Source: Methanobacteriota archaeon
Lineage (GTDB): Archaea; Halobacteriota; Bog-38; Methanoflorentales; Methanoflorentaceae
Length of the DNA: 64,000 nucleotides
Direction of reading: 5' to 3'
Assembly: GCA_963720465.1 (NCBI GenBank)
Contig: OY970393.1
Coordinates: forward strand, 1,888,001-1,952,000
This document shows, piece by piece, positions 21,493 to 31,916 of the stretch. A program made the translations under genes and the position numbers. Every line of letters begins with the position of its first letter. The stretch's first letter is position 1. The notes beneath the pieces were generated by a model, which had not been told where the DNA came from, searched no databases, and saw only the letters and a program-made list of their open reading frames with translations.

Positions 21493-22257
21493 TCATTTAT
21501 ACAGAACGATATTCTCGGCCGTGTTTTTCCAGAGGTTCGTCTTGAGTTTATCCACAGTAAAGGGTGCGCCGTGTGCAGGAAAAATCCGGCGCCCGCCCGC
21601 CGCAATGACCTTTTCCCAACTTTTATAATAGGCATCCATATCGGTGATAAAAATCACGCAATACTTCGTCCCTGCAAACCGAAGGAAGTTTGACGCCGCG
21701 TCCCCGATCAGACAGTCGCCGTCGTCAAACAGGATGGAAACGGAGTCAACGGTATGCCCAGGCGTTTCGATGATTGTGCCGTCGAGCGGGATTCCGATTT
21801 CCCGCAGACCAGTGTCTCCGGTAACGACGATGTCGCAGTCACGCAGCTGATAAGGCGGAAACGTAAAGAGTTTCCCTTTTGCTATCACCTTTTTGAGAAG
21901 CAGCGAGATATAGAGCCGCCTTAGTTGAAGCAGAAGGACAACCCGCCTGTTCAAAAAACCCCCGCCGTGCGTGCGGTCGTTTTCTCCCGTCAGGATGAGC
22001 TCTGTGCAAAGCTGCGACATCACCACCCGAACTGAGTCATTCTCCCGCAAAATGTGATGTACCAATCCGCAATGATCGTCGTGGTGATGGGTCAGAATAA
22101 TATGACTGATTTGAACCAGCTCCACACCGGCTTTGTTCAGTCTTGTGCGGAACACATCCCAATCGTCTTCATAGCCGGTATCGACCAGGACATAGTGATC
22201 TCCGGCCTTAACCAAGAAGCAGTTTGTCACACTGAGCTTTAATGGAATCATATTCAT
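21493..22257 (-). CDS. MBL-fold metallo-hydrolase
   Basis: VDTG, THHHDDHCG, TPGHT, GD and PAHG motifs. Confidence 0.9.
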   Translation of the reverse strand: MNMIPLKLSVTNCFLVKAGDHYVLVDTGYEDDWDVFRTRLNKAGVELVQISHIILTHHHDDHCGLVHHILRENDSVRVVMSQLCTELILTGENDRTHGGGFLNRRVVLLLQLRRLYISLLLKKVIAKGKLFTFPPYQLRDCDIVVTGDTGLREIGIPLDGTIIETPGHTVDSVSILFDDGDCLIGDAASNFLRFAGTKYCVIFITDMDAYYKSWEKVIAAGGRRIFPAHGAPFTVDKLKTNLWKNTAENIVLYK

Positions 22258-22279
22258 GATCCTGTCAATGCCCGCCCAT

Positions 22280-22528
22280 TCAATCGGCCCGTCTCATGGC
22301 CCACGGGACCCACAGTACGGTCACTATCACCCCAGCCGCGACGAGCGACAGCAAGAAAACCGCTATGTTTTGGACAATGCTAAAACTGGTCGCGTAATAG
22401 AATAACCATAGTGCTAAGAAGAGAAGCCATCCGAAGGCCACGACGATAGAAGCATAAACTCTTTTGCTTGGTGGCTGTGCCGGTGGTTTTTTCCGTCGCT
22501 CGTGTGCTGTTGGTGGCGTTTCTGCCAT
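22280..22528 (-). CDS. Small two-TM membrane protein
   Basis: GGAGG SD; GWLLFLALWLFYYA...QNIAVFLLS pattern seen in methanogen small proteins (recalled). Confidence 0.65.
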   Translation of the reverse strand: MAETPPTAHERRKKPPAQPPSKRVYASIVVAFGWLLFLALWLFYYATSFSIVQNIAVFLLSLVAAGVIVTVLWVPWAMRRAD

Positions 22529-23235
22529 TATTTTCGCCTCCTACGGAGTAAGCGCTCGATAAGCGGTCACCCATGAACTTAAATGTGCTGCTCTAACTTT
22601 GATAGCCAATCAGCGAGAGACAGCCGGGCGCTGCTGTGAGCTTTTCTGAGTGCAGGATGGGTCACAGAAACCCGGAAATGCTTACAGCAATGAAGAACTA
22701 CGATTTAGGGTGCTCGACAAGCGAACGGGAGATCACATCTGAAATGCAGTGATTAGCGCGGAGCACGGGTTCGCCGAACAACGAGACGGTATTTGAGGTA
22801 GGCCAGACAGCGAGCCCTGCCCCTGCTAATGTGCAGCCTAAACAATCGGCATATGGAGCAATGCACCATCAGATTTAACGGTTCCGATTCGATTTTTTAC
22901 TTCTTTTGGAAATTGGAGTCGAAATAAAGGTTCTTTACCGCGGTAGGGGGGATATTTTTTCGTGAGCGCTGCATTCTGCGACTTTTTGAGAGGCAGCATC
23001 ACGCCGCAAACGCCTCCACTGGAACCGATGAGTGAGAAACGCTTAATAAACCACTATACGGAATCTCCTTGTTTTACTTTCCGATGTCGACCATCGCTGG
23101 GTGTCTCAATGGCATCGATCGCGGCTGTCTGCCGCCAGTAGACTCTGGACCGCCTCTGCGAGGGGCATCTTACCGGCGCTGTCAACGTTCGCTTCACGTG
23201 CGGAGGGAGGGCGTCGTGCTGGTATCTAATCCTTT

Positions 23236-23646
23236 TTAGCTGAAGGCCAGCCTTAAAAAAACCACTGCCCCAGCGATGAGCAGCAGAAGCGCAACAATCA
23301 CGAATGTCAGCCACTGCCGTTGCCGGCCGCTCCATGAGGCGATGCGTTCCCTGATCCTTTGCTGCCAGCTCGGCGCCATCAGGCCTGCTTCTATGTGAGT
23401 GCCAGCACGGACCGTTACAGGCACGCCCTCAGCATTTGCGCGCTTCACGTGCTCGTCTTTGCACGGCTCACAGCACGGGACGGTCATAGCGTCGTCAGGC
23501 AAGACACCAGTGTACAACGCCGTGCTTTCGCAGTTGGGGCTTACCGGCTTCTCGCACGTTCCCTGTGCTTCGATCGGCGCATCAGCGTGTGCCCCATCGA
23601 GCGTATTGGGTGCAGTTTCGCTCATCTCCTCTCTCCGTGTCCGCAT
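23236..23646 (-). CDS. Hypothetical protein with Cys cluster and C-terminal TM anchor
   Basis: CEKPVSPNC...CCEPCKDEH and a terminal hydrophobic helix; the start may be the internal MSETAP. Confidence 0.55.
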   Translation of the reverse strand: MRTRREEMSETAPNTLDGAHADAPIEAQGTCEKPVSPNCESTALYTGVLPDDAMTVPCCEPCKDEHVKRANAEGVPVTVRAGTHIEAGLMAPSWQQRIRERIASWSGRQRQWLTFVIVALLLLIAGAVVFLRLAFS

Positions 23647-23884
23647 CTGCGCGACAAGCCTAGTAGTCGCTAGTCAGATATCTAGTCTCGCACGGTCTCC
23701 GATGGCCGCATGAGGTCGGCGTTTCCCGTTTCGGCGACTCGGGGCGCGATCCGCTCCGACGTGGCAATGCAAAGTTCGTATCGGGTAAAACGCTGCGGAT
23801 TTGCGCTTTTTGAAGCTCAGCATTGGAAGCGGTAGATCGCTGCGATTTACTCAGCGAAACTCTTAAATATGATGATATCTTATA

Positions 23885-23902
23885 ATATATCTTTAGATAT
23901 AT
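23885..23902. promoter_or_regulatory. Palindromic operator ATATATCT-TT-AGATATAT, probable PadR autoregulatory site
   Basis: Perfect 8-bp inverted repeat between a TTAAATAT TATA-like box and the PadR start. Confidence 0.6.
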
Positions 23903-23913
23903 CAGAGGATTAA

Positions 23914-24441
23914 ATGAGCTACAAAACGTATGAAAACCCGTGTGGACCGTGGCACAACGTGCCGCATTTCTACAAAGCTTGGTTCAAACACCCAAGACGA
24001 GAACACGGACACGTGAAATATCTCGTCCTACTCGCCCTACAAGAACAGCCTCTCAACGGCTACGAAATCATCAAAGCTATCGAAAACAAGCACGGCCGCG
24101 CGCCGGGTCCCGCAGTGGTCTACCCGACACTGCAGCTCCTCGAAGACCAGGGCTACGTAAGGTCGAGCGAACACGAAAACAAGAAGGTGTACGCACTTAC
24201 CGACGAGGGCAAAAAGTGCCTTGAAGAAAACCGTGGGCGGATCGATCAGCTCACCGCAAGCCTGGGGCAACCCAACTGGAATTCACTTCCTGGAATCGGT
24301 AAACGCGTTGCTTCGCTCGCTGGCACCATTTTTTCAAACTGCACCTACCTCGACGATGCTAAAACCAAGCAAATTGAGGATCTGCTCGACGAGACACGAA
24401 AGCGCGTTGGCGACATCATTTTCGAAAATCAAGCAGGTTAA
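23914..24441 (+). CDS. PadR-family transcriptional regulator (YqjI-like)
   Basis: PLNGYEIIK...PGPAVVYPTLQLLEDQG...KKVYALTDEG winged helix. Confidence 0.9.
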   Translation: MSYKTYENPCGPWHNVPHFYKAWFKHPRREHGHVKYLVLLALQEQPLNGYEIIKAIENKHGRAPGPAVVYPTLQLLEDQGYVRSSEHENKKVYALTDEGKKCLEENRGRIDQLTASLGQPNWNSLPGIGKRVASLAGTIFSNCTYLDDAKTKQIEDLLDETRKRVGDIIFENQAG

Positions 24442-24452
24442 AGAGGTCAATT

Positions 24453-24554
24453 CCATTGCCACAGCCACAGCCATTTCCACAGCCACAGCCAGTTCCACAG
24501 CCATTTCCACAGCCATTGCCACAGCCACAGCCATTTCCACAGCCACAGCCACAA
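24453..24554. repeat. 17 tandem CCANNN hexamers (mostly CCACAG) with a 36-bp higher-order duplication
   Basis: Read directly; the block CCATTG-CCACAG-CCACAG-CCATTT-CCACAG-CCACAG occurs at 24453 and 24513. Confidence 0.95.
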
Positions 24555-25210
24555 CCGTGAGCACGAGTACAGAGGCAAGCGCCCTCTATTGACGCACCAA
24601 CATCGAGCAGTCTCGATCGAGTGAGCAGGCGCGGAGCTACTGCCTTGATGACACGACATCAGGCAGTTGCTTTCCGTTAATCACGCAGCCGTTCAAGCTC
24701 GGGCCACAAAGTCTATTCGTCGTGTTTCCGGGTAAGCTGTCACCGGTTTGTCGTGAGGCACGAGCATCGACCTGCATGTGTCATTTGTAAGAGACGTTCG
24801 TCTCTGAATTGTTGGCTGCCGTCAATAGCAACGGCAGCAGCTTAGTCACGTGTAAAATATTATAAAATTAAATGAATAGCAAACTCAATCGTGCATCCCT
24901 CCAGCATTGGTGAGTCCGAACGGCGAATGCCCCTTCACTACGCTGCTGATGCGCACGACAACGCTGCATCCAGGAGGCAACCGCTATGGACTGTCCTGAA
25001 TATATGGTAAAGTTTTGGTCAACTTTTGGTCAACTTTTTTGCCCAGCCGCTTATAGTTGAGCTCGGCACGCACCACCACGTTCAACGAGCGACGCTCAGC
25101 TTGCTCTTGCTCGATCGCTTCTGACTACGAAGCTTAAACTCTGACAACGCGTGTGGTGCCTGTCGATAAAAGTGCGCGTGCATGCGAACAGCTCGCGCGA
25201 TTGATGAACC

Positions 25211-25729
25211 CTAAGTTTGGGCGGCGTGCGAAACGTCTTTTTGGAAGGGCAGCCGGTTCTTGACGAATATAATCACAGCCAGCGCCAGAGACGTCACCGC
25301 GATGCCGAGCAATTCGCTTTGCATGAATAAGGCAGGGTGCTCAGGAATTAGTACCAGAGAGCTGTGAGCAATGATTAACTCGTACGTGAAGCCAAAGGTG
25401 GTCGCTGAAAGCGGATAGAACAGAGGGACGCCAGCGCCCGTGAACAGGTCAAGCAACAGGTGTGAAAGCAGGTAGAAGGTCGCGATCAGTGCCACGTTAA
25501 ATAAAACTTCATTCTTTTCCCGGAAGCGCGCGTACAACGCAATGCTGATGGTGGGCACGAAGATGAAGACGTTGTGCAAAAGTAGACGGTGGAAAGGAGG
25601 CACCAAATGATCTAAATCTGGAAACACCGCCAGGGGAGACAACAGAAGGACATAGTTTCGGTACTTCTTCTCCCAAAACAGCCAGAGCAGCGAAGTGGCA
25701 ACGATGAGGTGAGTGATCGGATCCGGCAT
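25211..25729 (-). CDS. Membrane-bound metal-dependent hydrolase (YdjM/DUF457-like)
   Basis: MPDPITH, PDLDH, HR..LHN, SHLLLD and G.PLFYP motifs; start moved to MPDP. Confidence 0.85.
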   Translation of the reverse strand: MPDPITHLIVATSLLWLFWEKKYRNYVLLLSPLAVFPDLDHLVPPFHRLLLHNVFIFVPTISIALYARFREKNEVLFNVALIATFYLLSHLLLDLFTGAGVPLFYPLSATTFGFTYELIIAHSSLVLIPEHPALFMQSELLGIAVTSLALAVIIFVKNRLPFQKDVSHAAQT

Positions 25730-25968
25730 TGTAGACGCTGCTTCTCGCAGTGGTTTCACTAGGACGTAGCTCTTAGCTTTGGCACTGCCAGTTTAAATAC
25801 TTCCTCGTGGGCTACTGCGGAGCGTTGCGTCGCTGGCGGCGTAGTCTCGCGCATCATTCAGGCGCCCGTTTTACTCCCAAGCATTGGTGAGACGACTTAA
25901 AAACCGGAGCGCTGAAGTTTGGGTCACACTGCGGCGACGTTCGCGTGAACACTGCCAGAACCGCCCGA

Positions 25969-27042
25969 TCACCTATGACGTCGAACGGCCTCCTCCATCC
26001 ATTCTCGTGCGTGCAATTCATTGGTGAGGAGCCTCACATCATTGCCCTCAATCTCAGCCATGCAGGCCGCGAAAACCACCATTATGTCGTCAATGTGTGC
26101 GTGAGGGCGCAATGGATCGATAAAGAAGACCACGACGTGGCATCGATCGAACAGAATCTCTGTCGCGACCTCTATATCGCCGCCCTTGGGCCCGGTCAGA
26201 TATCGCCTGATGGTCCCCCCGTCGCGCAGCGTTCTGCAGGCGTTTTCGACTTCTTCACCCGTACGGCCAGTTGTCAAGACACGATTGAACTTACAAAGCT
26301 CATCCTGGTACTGAATGGCAAAATCGATCATGCGCTGTTTCATCTCGTCGTGGGCGATAAGTGCGATCGTTTGGTCTTCAAACCGAGCAAAAAACGCCGA
26401 GTCGCGGGCGCGGTGTGGTATGCTTACTTCGTCGTATGCGTTTCCGTTCCTTCGTGCCGCGACAGGCCACGCGCCATCGCGTTCGCGTGAGCCCAGCCGT
26501 ACCTTGAGCGGCGATTTCGGCGCCTTCTGGGGGTTTCTTTTGACGTCTCGTGCAGCTTCGTTCGTGAACCAGTCTTTCACCGAACCGGCGTTCACGAGGC
26601 GCTTAACGTCCCAAAGGTCACTGAGTCGGTTCAGCGCACGATATTCAGGGCTCAGCCAGTGGGTTGTAATCGGGCTCAGGAACGACCACACGATGCTGCA
26701 CTGGCGCTCCACAATCGTGTTCGCAAGAATTGTTAGGCCGCACTTCTTTCGATCAGGGAGAACGGTGATGCCGCACTCCTGCAATAGGAACTCTCGCACG
26801 TCGTCCCTCATCGGCTGTAACCGTTCGGTCTGCAACGGCTTTGGATCAGCCTCTCCCAACACGACGCGGTTGAATGTGCCGCCCGTGAAAAGAAAATGGA
26901 ACTCTCTCAACGTTTCTCGATTATCGTCGTTATCATACAGTTCGTGGAATACCTGAACGAGATCGTTGTTCTTCTTAATGCTGTCGAAGCCAGCTAGGAC
27001 CGCGATAAGTGTCTTGAGTCCTCCACGATTATCTTCCATCAT
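25969..27042 (-). CDS. Methylglyoxal synthase-like protein with two tandem MGS domains
   Basis: C-terminal IALIAHD, TTGRTG, GPKGGD and FFIDPL..HAHIDD; the N-terminal half has a degenerate copy (FTGGT, WSFLSP...RALNRL). Confidence 0.75.
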   Translation of the reverse strand: MMEDNRGGLKTLIAVLAGFDSIKKNNDLVQVFHELYDNDDNRETLREFHFLFTGGTFNRVVLGEADPKPLQTERLQPMRDDVREFLLQECGITVLPDRKKCGLTILANTIVERQCSIVWSFLSPITTHWLSPEYRALNRLSDLWDVKRLVNAGSVKDWFTNEAARDVKRNPQKAPKSPLKVRLGSRERDGAWPVAARRNGNAYDEVSIPHRARDSAFFARFEDQTIALIAHDEMKQRMIDFAIQYQDELCKFNRVLTTGRTGEEVENACRTLRDGGTIRRYLTGPKGGDIEVATEILFDRCHVVVFFIDPLRPHAHIDDIMVVFAACMAEIEGNDVRLLTNELHAREWMEEAVRRHR

Positions 27043-27282
27043 TCACCTCAAAATAGCCGCACTCGCTTTTTTTACCAATATGGGCACTACGCAGGCGGCC
27101 TGATATGCGTTACTTCAATTTTCCGTGCCCTGGATTGCCATTCTGGAGCGTGCTGCTGAGTGTTCACGGGCTCACTCACTCGCAACCGCACTGAATCATG
27201 ATGCGAAGCGGGCTTCAGTCTTTCGCGTCGATCATTGTGAAATAGTTAAGTTTGTAGAGAATACAAGAAGATATAGAGGCCC

Positions 27283-27522
27283 ATGTTCAAGAGGAACCGT
27301 CCGCGAGTAGAAAACACGAATGAGAACTACGCGAAGTGCTTGTGCTACACAGAACGCTGTCCGACGTACAATCAAAGCAGTCTTACGGGCGGACTGTTCT
27401 GCGCACGAGGTAGAAGCGAAAAGACCCTTGAAAAAAAGGGATGTGTGTGCCCTTCTTGTCCGGTTTGGGCCGAATGTAAGTTGAACGGTGTATTCTTTTG
27501 CGCGTACGGCGCCGCTCAGTGA
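27283..27522 (+). CDS. DUF2769-family small Cys-rich protein
   Basis: CLC...CPTY...LFCARG...GCVCPSCPV...FFC. Confidence 0.85.
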   Translation: MFKRNRPRVENTNENYAKCLCYTERCPTYNQSSLTGGLFCARGRSEKTLEKKGCVCPSCPVWAECKLNGVFFCAYGAAQ

Positions 27523-27585
27523 CGCTCTTTCCACGTCGAACGGGGCGGTTAAAGGTCGTAGATAACTCTCCCCCGCCCGCGAAAA

Positions 27586-28026
27586 TCAAACTACTTTTTC
27601 AACGAGTTTCACTGCATCCCGGACAAACGCAGGACACCGTGCCATCACGACTTTGTTCTTCTTCACCTCCGCAACCTGTTGCGGGTCTGACAGGTTGTAC
27701 CCGAGCAGGCCCGTGCAGGCTACCGAGCCATGCCGAGATTTAAATTCCCGAAGAAACTCACGGACCACCGCGTAGGTTTTTTCTTTCGCTGCGGTGTCAT
27801 CAGCCCGTATCCTCCCGTATCGCAGCCCGATCACCATGACCGCACCAGAGAGAGCCCCACAAATATCATCCGTGTAAGCGATCCCGGCACCAAATCCCTG
27901 CGAGATGCGAAGTGCCAGATCTCGATCGAGCCCGAAGTCTTCTGCAAAGACCGAAAGCACGGCCTGTGAACAGGTGAACCCCTCCTGAAAGAGGGTAACT
28001 GCATCGTTTGCCTTTGTCATAGCCAC
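27586..28026 (-). CDS. C_GCAxxG_C_C family putative redox protein
   Basis: CSQAV, CGALSG, C..LLG and CP motifs. Confidence 0.9.
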   Translation of the reverse strand: MAMTKANDAVTLFQEGFTCSQAVLSVFAEDFGLDRDLALRISQGFGAGIAYTDDICGALSGAVMVIGLRYGRIRADDTAAKEKTYAVVREFLREFKSRHGSVACTGLLGYNLSDPQQVAEVKKNKVVMARCPAFVRDAVKLVEKVV

Positions 28027-28539
28027 CAGTCATGCAGGAGCGGCAATAATCCTATTGTTCTATCGGGTGAAAAAAAGCGGTCAATGCTTCAGACGCAGTG
28101 AGAGGCGCTTTTTTCTGTCAAAGCTCTGTGCTCATATTATATATTCCGCGCCTATGATGCACCCCGCGCCTATCGTAGCGTTAAAAGGGGCCGGAGCCTC
28201 AGAATTGACCCCGGCAGTTTGCTACACCACTGCCCGCAAGGAGAAACGTTCGTGGTGTTGCGGAAATAAAGAAGCGGGGGGCGATATAAGTGTTTTTCCC
28301 TGCTGGCGTCGCGGTTTGCAAGATCGCTTGCGAGCATTTTCGCCACGAACCTTCATACAAAAAGATCCGACGGCTGCCACAAAGCCATAGATATGTCAAA
28401 ACAGGAGACGTGTAAACACGATCCAAAAAAGCTTGCGATATCGGCGTTCGAAGTGCATGAAGAATGAGGCGGCTAATTGCTGGCAGCCAACGAACAAGCG
28501 CAAAGAGCTGCCGAACGCGTGGACACAACGAGCAGGCAA

Positions 28540-28962
28540 CTACGTGTGAACCGTCTTATCGCCCACGAAGTAGAGCGCCGCAACGAGAATGGCAGTCGCA
28601 AGCAAGATGACCGCAAAGTCTTGTAAGGCGGTGGGCTGATACCCGAAGACGATGATATCTCGTATCATCGCTGTGAGACCTGCGCCGAGAAGCAGCCCCA
28701 AACTGATGGATCTGGTCTTCATATAGCCGACGACCGTCATCAGCAGCTCGAGCGCGATTATCGCTGCGATAAGCGCGTTTAGTCCGATTATCGGGGTATC
28801 GGTGACGAAATAGCTCACGATGTTGTCGACCTCTCCAGCGAGTGCGACAAGAGCGATGACAACGAGCAATACCCCGACTGCGCCGTACAGTATCAGCTCG
28901 GCGCCCTCAAAAACCTGCACCATCCTCTCGGGCGCTCTTCTTTGGGGCGGTTCAGCATCCAT
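28540..28962 (-). CDS. PsiE-family membrane protein
   Basis: IIALELLMTV...TAMIRDII motifs; four TMs. Confidence 0.75.
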   Translation of the reverse strand: MDAEPPQRRAPERMVQVFEGAELILYGAVGVLLVVIALVALAGEVDNIVSYFVTDTPIIGLNALIAAIIALELLMTVVGYMKTRSISLGLLLGAGLTAMIRDIIVFGYQPTALQDFAVILLATAILVAALYFVGDKTVHT

Positions 28963-29494
28963 TACGTCGTTACAGGAACACTATTACGCTTCAACGTTTC
29001 TAATCGAGTCTGAAATGAATTCCCGCGGAAAGCCTTAGAATAGGAAAACCGGTAAACAAAAAAATGTCAGTTATAGCGTGACGACAAGTTTCTAACGCAC
29101 TACTAGTATTAGGACGCGATGGCACTTAAAAATCTGGCGCGGTACTCGCAGTCCTAAACCCGCAAGCGAAAGATGCTCTACATTCTACTCTTATCGATGA
29201 GGTTCATCATCGTTTCAATTTGATTGCCCCGCGCGGGGTCTCGCGGAATGTTGTTAACTGCAGAGGATTGATCGAGCACTTCAATGCGCGCCACCCGCTT
29301 TGTCATCTTGCGTGCGTCTCTCCTCCGCCCGTCTGGTCGCCCTTTTTTTCTGGCAGGTCCGCCACAACAACACCGTAACGCGAGGTAGTCTCGCGTGCTG
29401 TATCGATGAGCCGCCTCGAGAAAGAGCAGGTTAATCGGCTTTTTTGCGCTGCAAAAGAATAATACACGAAGTCGACATTCATGTACCGATAGTG

Positions 29495-29968
29495 ATGAAG
29501 GCGTTACTCCTATTGGGGTGTCCCGAGGTTCCGGTGCAAACCGGCCTCGCGCTATACATCGGCAACACGTTGAAAGCGCAGGGGTTTGAGGTGATCTGTG
29601 CGGGAACGCCGAGTGCGGTCAACTTGATGAGAGTCGCCGATCCCAAGAAAGCGTATATCGAAACGTACATGAACATCGACAAGTGCATCGACCAGATCGC
29701 CGAGGGAACGTTCGACGTCGATCTCACGTTTGGCTTCATTCATAAGGACTCGGGCCTGCAATATCTCGCGACGATTGCTGCGCTGTCACGCAGCACCCCT
29801 ATAGCCGTTGTTTTTGGACGAGAGGCAGAGCCGCTCAGCAAAGAGGTTGGCGAATCGCTGGACGGGGTGCACGTCGTATGGGCGACAGCCGTCCATAATC
29901 CGTTGCCACTAAAGAAGAAGCTGGACAAGATAGGCGAATGGGCCACGCTTGTGCGAGATCAGGGCTGA
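29495..29968 (+). CDS. DUF1890-family protein
   Basis: MKALLLLGCPEVPVQT...ADP...HNPLPL; start moved to the ATG at 29495. Confidence 0.85.
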   Translation: MKALLLLGCPEVPVQTGLALYIGNTLKAQGFEVICAGTPSAVNLMRVADPKKAYIETYMNIDKCIDQIAEGTFDVDLTFGFIHKDSGLQYLATIAALSRSTPIAVVFGREAEPLSKEVGESLDGVHVVWATAVHNPLPLKKKLDKIGEWATLVRDQG

Positions 29969-30107
29969 ATAGCGACACGTCAAATAGAGGGTGTGGCTTC
30001 GTTGTCACCTCCGGAGTGTCCCAGGAAACGACTGCAAACGTTAGCAACCTTGCAGATCTTGGCAGGACGGTACATCGTGGGAGCACGTAAGCAACCGAGG
30101 GAGAAGA

Positions 30108-31211
30108 ATGGCAAGCACGGTATATTTTGCGCGCCTGAAGGCTGGGAGCACCGATGAAAGCGCGGTCACTCGAGTGAGAAAGCTCTTTGATGAAGCGCAA
30201 TTTGGAACCCTGATCGAAGCTGACGCGTTAACGGCTATCAAGCTTCACGTCGGCGAACGCGGCAACGATTCACACCTTCGCCCAGAGTTCGTCCGGCAAG
30301 TCGTCGAGCAGGTAAAAGCGAGCGGCGGAAAGCCGTTTGTTACTGACGCAAACACGCTCTATTCTGGAAGCCGGCATAATGCTGTCGACCACCTCGCCAC
30401 CGCGCTCGAGCACGGGTTCGACTACGCAGTCTTGGGGGCGCCCCTCATCATCTCTGACGGTCTCGTGGGCGATCACTACCGGGACATTCGAATCGACAAG
30501 AAACACTTCGACACGGTAAAAATCGCGGGCGACGTCGTCTCTGCCCAGAGCATGATTGTGATGACGCACTTCAAGGCACACGCCCTGGCTGGATTCGGCG
30601 GCGCGATAAAGAATCTGGGGATGGGATGCGCTCCGAGCGCGGGGAAGATGGACCAGCACAAAGGTATGAGTCCGATCGTCAACGAGGAGGGGTGCTCGGC
30701 GTGCGGGGTATGCGTCGAGATATGCCCGCGCTCTGCCATCACGATTGAAGAAGGCGTGTCGCGCATCAATCGCGATCTGTGCGTAGGCTGCGGTGAGTGC
30801 ATGACGGCGTGCACAACTTCCTCCATCGGATTCGACTGGAAAAATGATCTCCCACAGTTTATGGAGATGCTGACTGAATACGCCTTTGGCGCGGCCGTGG
30901 GTAAGCGCGTGGGGTACCTCAATTTCCTTTTGCAGATTACGCCTGATTGCGACTGTGTTCCATGGAGTGACGCGCCCATCGTGCCCGACGTAGGGATTCT
31001 CGCCTCCATCGATCCCGTAGCCATTGACGCTGCGAGCGTAGATTTGGTGAACCAGCAGCAAGGCTTACCAGGCACTCGCCTTGTCAACAATCTGCCGCCG
31101 GGGCAGGATAAGTTCAAAGGCGTCTGGGGCGAGACACAAGGATCGATACAAATCACATATGGGGAGGAGATCGGACTCGGAACAAGCGCGTATGAGCTCG
31201 TAGAACTGTGA
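30108..31211 (+). CDS. DUF362 Fe-S protein with inserted 2[4Fe-4S] ferredoxin domain
   Basis: IKLHVGE, HFKAH..FGGAIKNLGMGC, two CxxCxxCxxxC motifs, PDCDC. Confidence 0.9.
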   Translation: MASTVYFARLKAGSTDESAVTRVRKLFDEAQFGTLIEADALTAIKLHVGERGNDSHLRPEFVRQVVEQVKASGGKPFVTDANTLYSGSRHNAVDHLATALEHGFDYAVLGAPLIISDGLVGDHYRDIRIDKKHFDTVKIAGDVVSAQSMIVMTHFKAHALAGFGGAIKNLGMGCAPSAGKMDQHKGMSPIVNEEGCSACGVCVEICPRSAITIEEGVSRINRDLCVGCGECMTACTTSSIGFDWKNDLPQFMEMLTEYAFGAAVGKRVGYLNFLLQITPDCDCVPWSDAPIVPDVGILASIDPVAIDAASVDLVNQQQGLPGTRLVNNLPPGQDKFKGVWGETQGSIQITYGEEIGLGTSAYELVEL

Positions 31212-31476
31212 CACACGAGATTCTGAGAGAAACGCTGCCTCTGTTCAAATCTGTACGCTCGCTCTTGCCTACTCCAAGCGAGCGTACGCGTGCAGGTATC
31301 CCAAGTTGCGGATGAATTCTCAGAGAGGCGCGTGAGGCGGCCTCGCCATATTCCGGAACTTGACCCTATGCAAGAGTATCAGAAACTGCGTATCAGCGGT
31401 TAATATTCACGTTTCAAACTATTTTAGGGAAAGACAGAAGTTCTTTCATGCGAACCCTGTGTGCGGAGGTGGTTAC

Positions 31477-31767
31477 ACGCCCACATACATCCTTTTGTCG
31501 ACGCTTACCGCTGAAGGCAGGAAGACCGTAGGGCAGCGACCTAATCGAATTCAGGAAGTCGATCGAGAGATGGAAGCGATGCAGGTGAAAATCATATCTC
31601 AGCACGCCGTCGTAGGGCCCTACGACTTTGTGAACATCGTCGAAGCACCTGATAACGAAACCATCCTTCGGGCCTCGGTCGAGCTAGGAGCCCGCGGAAC
31701 CGTCAAGATAGTAAGCATGCCTGCGATACCCATTGAAGAATTCATCAAAGCAATAAAAGAGCGGTAG
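31477..31767 (+). CDS. GYD-domain protein; apparent start codon is ACG
   Basis: xPTYILLSTLT...GPYDFV...EAPD; GGAGGTGG SD lies just upstream of the ACG at 31477. Confidence 0.75.
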   Translation, partial: TPTYILLSTLTAEGRKTVGQRPNRIQEVDREMEAMQVKIISQHAVVGPYDFVNIVEAPDNETILRASVELGARGTVKIVSMPAIPIEEFIKAIKER

Positions 31768-31916
31768 GGTTTGGTCTATTTGTAGCCCCGAGAGCTCGTC
31801 ATAGTCAGCTTGATCGAGTTCTATCGGCACGTAGAGGGCTCGCGCGATGAACTAGGTGCTAGTTCAAAAAAAGCGTCGAGGTCAAAAAAAATCGTTCGGT
31901 ACTAGGGTTGAACGTG

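Noticed and set aside
24453-24554. Repeat tract as a CRISPR array
   Set aside because: The units are 6 bp with no unique spacers, and there are no cas genes
24447-24659. Trp/Leu-repeat ORF (WLWLWK...) and the Ala/Val- and Ala/Thr-repeat ORFs
   Set aside because: Alternative frames of the hexamer repeat with no independent support
25013-25034. Direct repeat TTTTGGTCAAC x2
   Set aside because: Resembles a recombinase arm site, but has no partner or element boundary in the window
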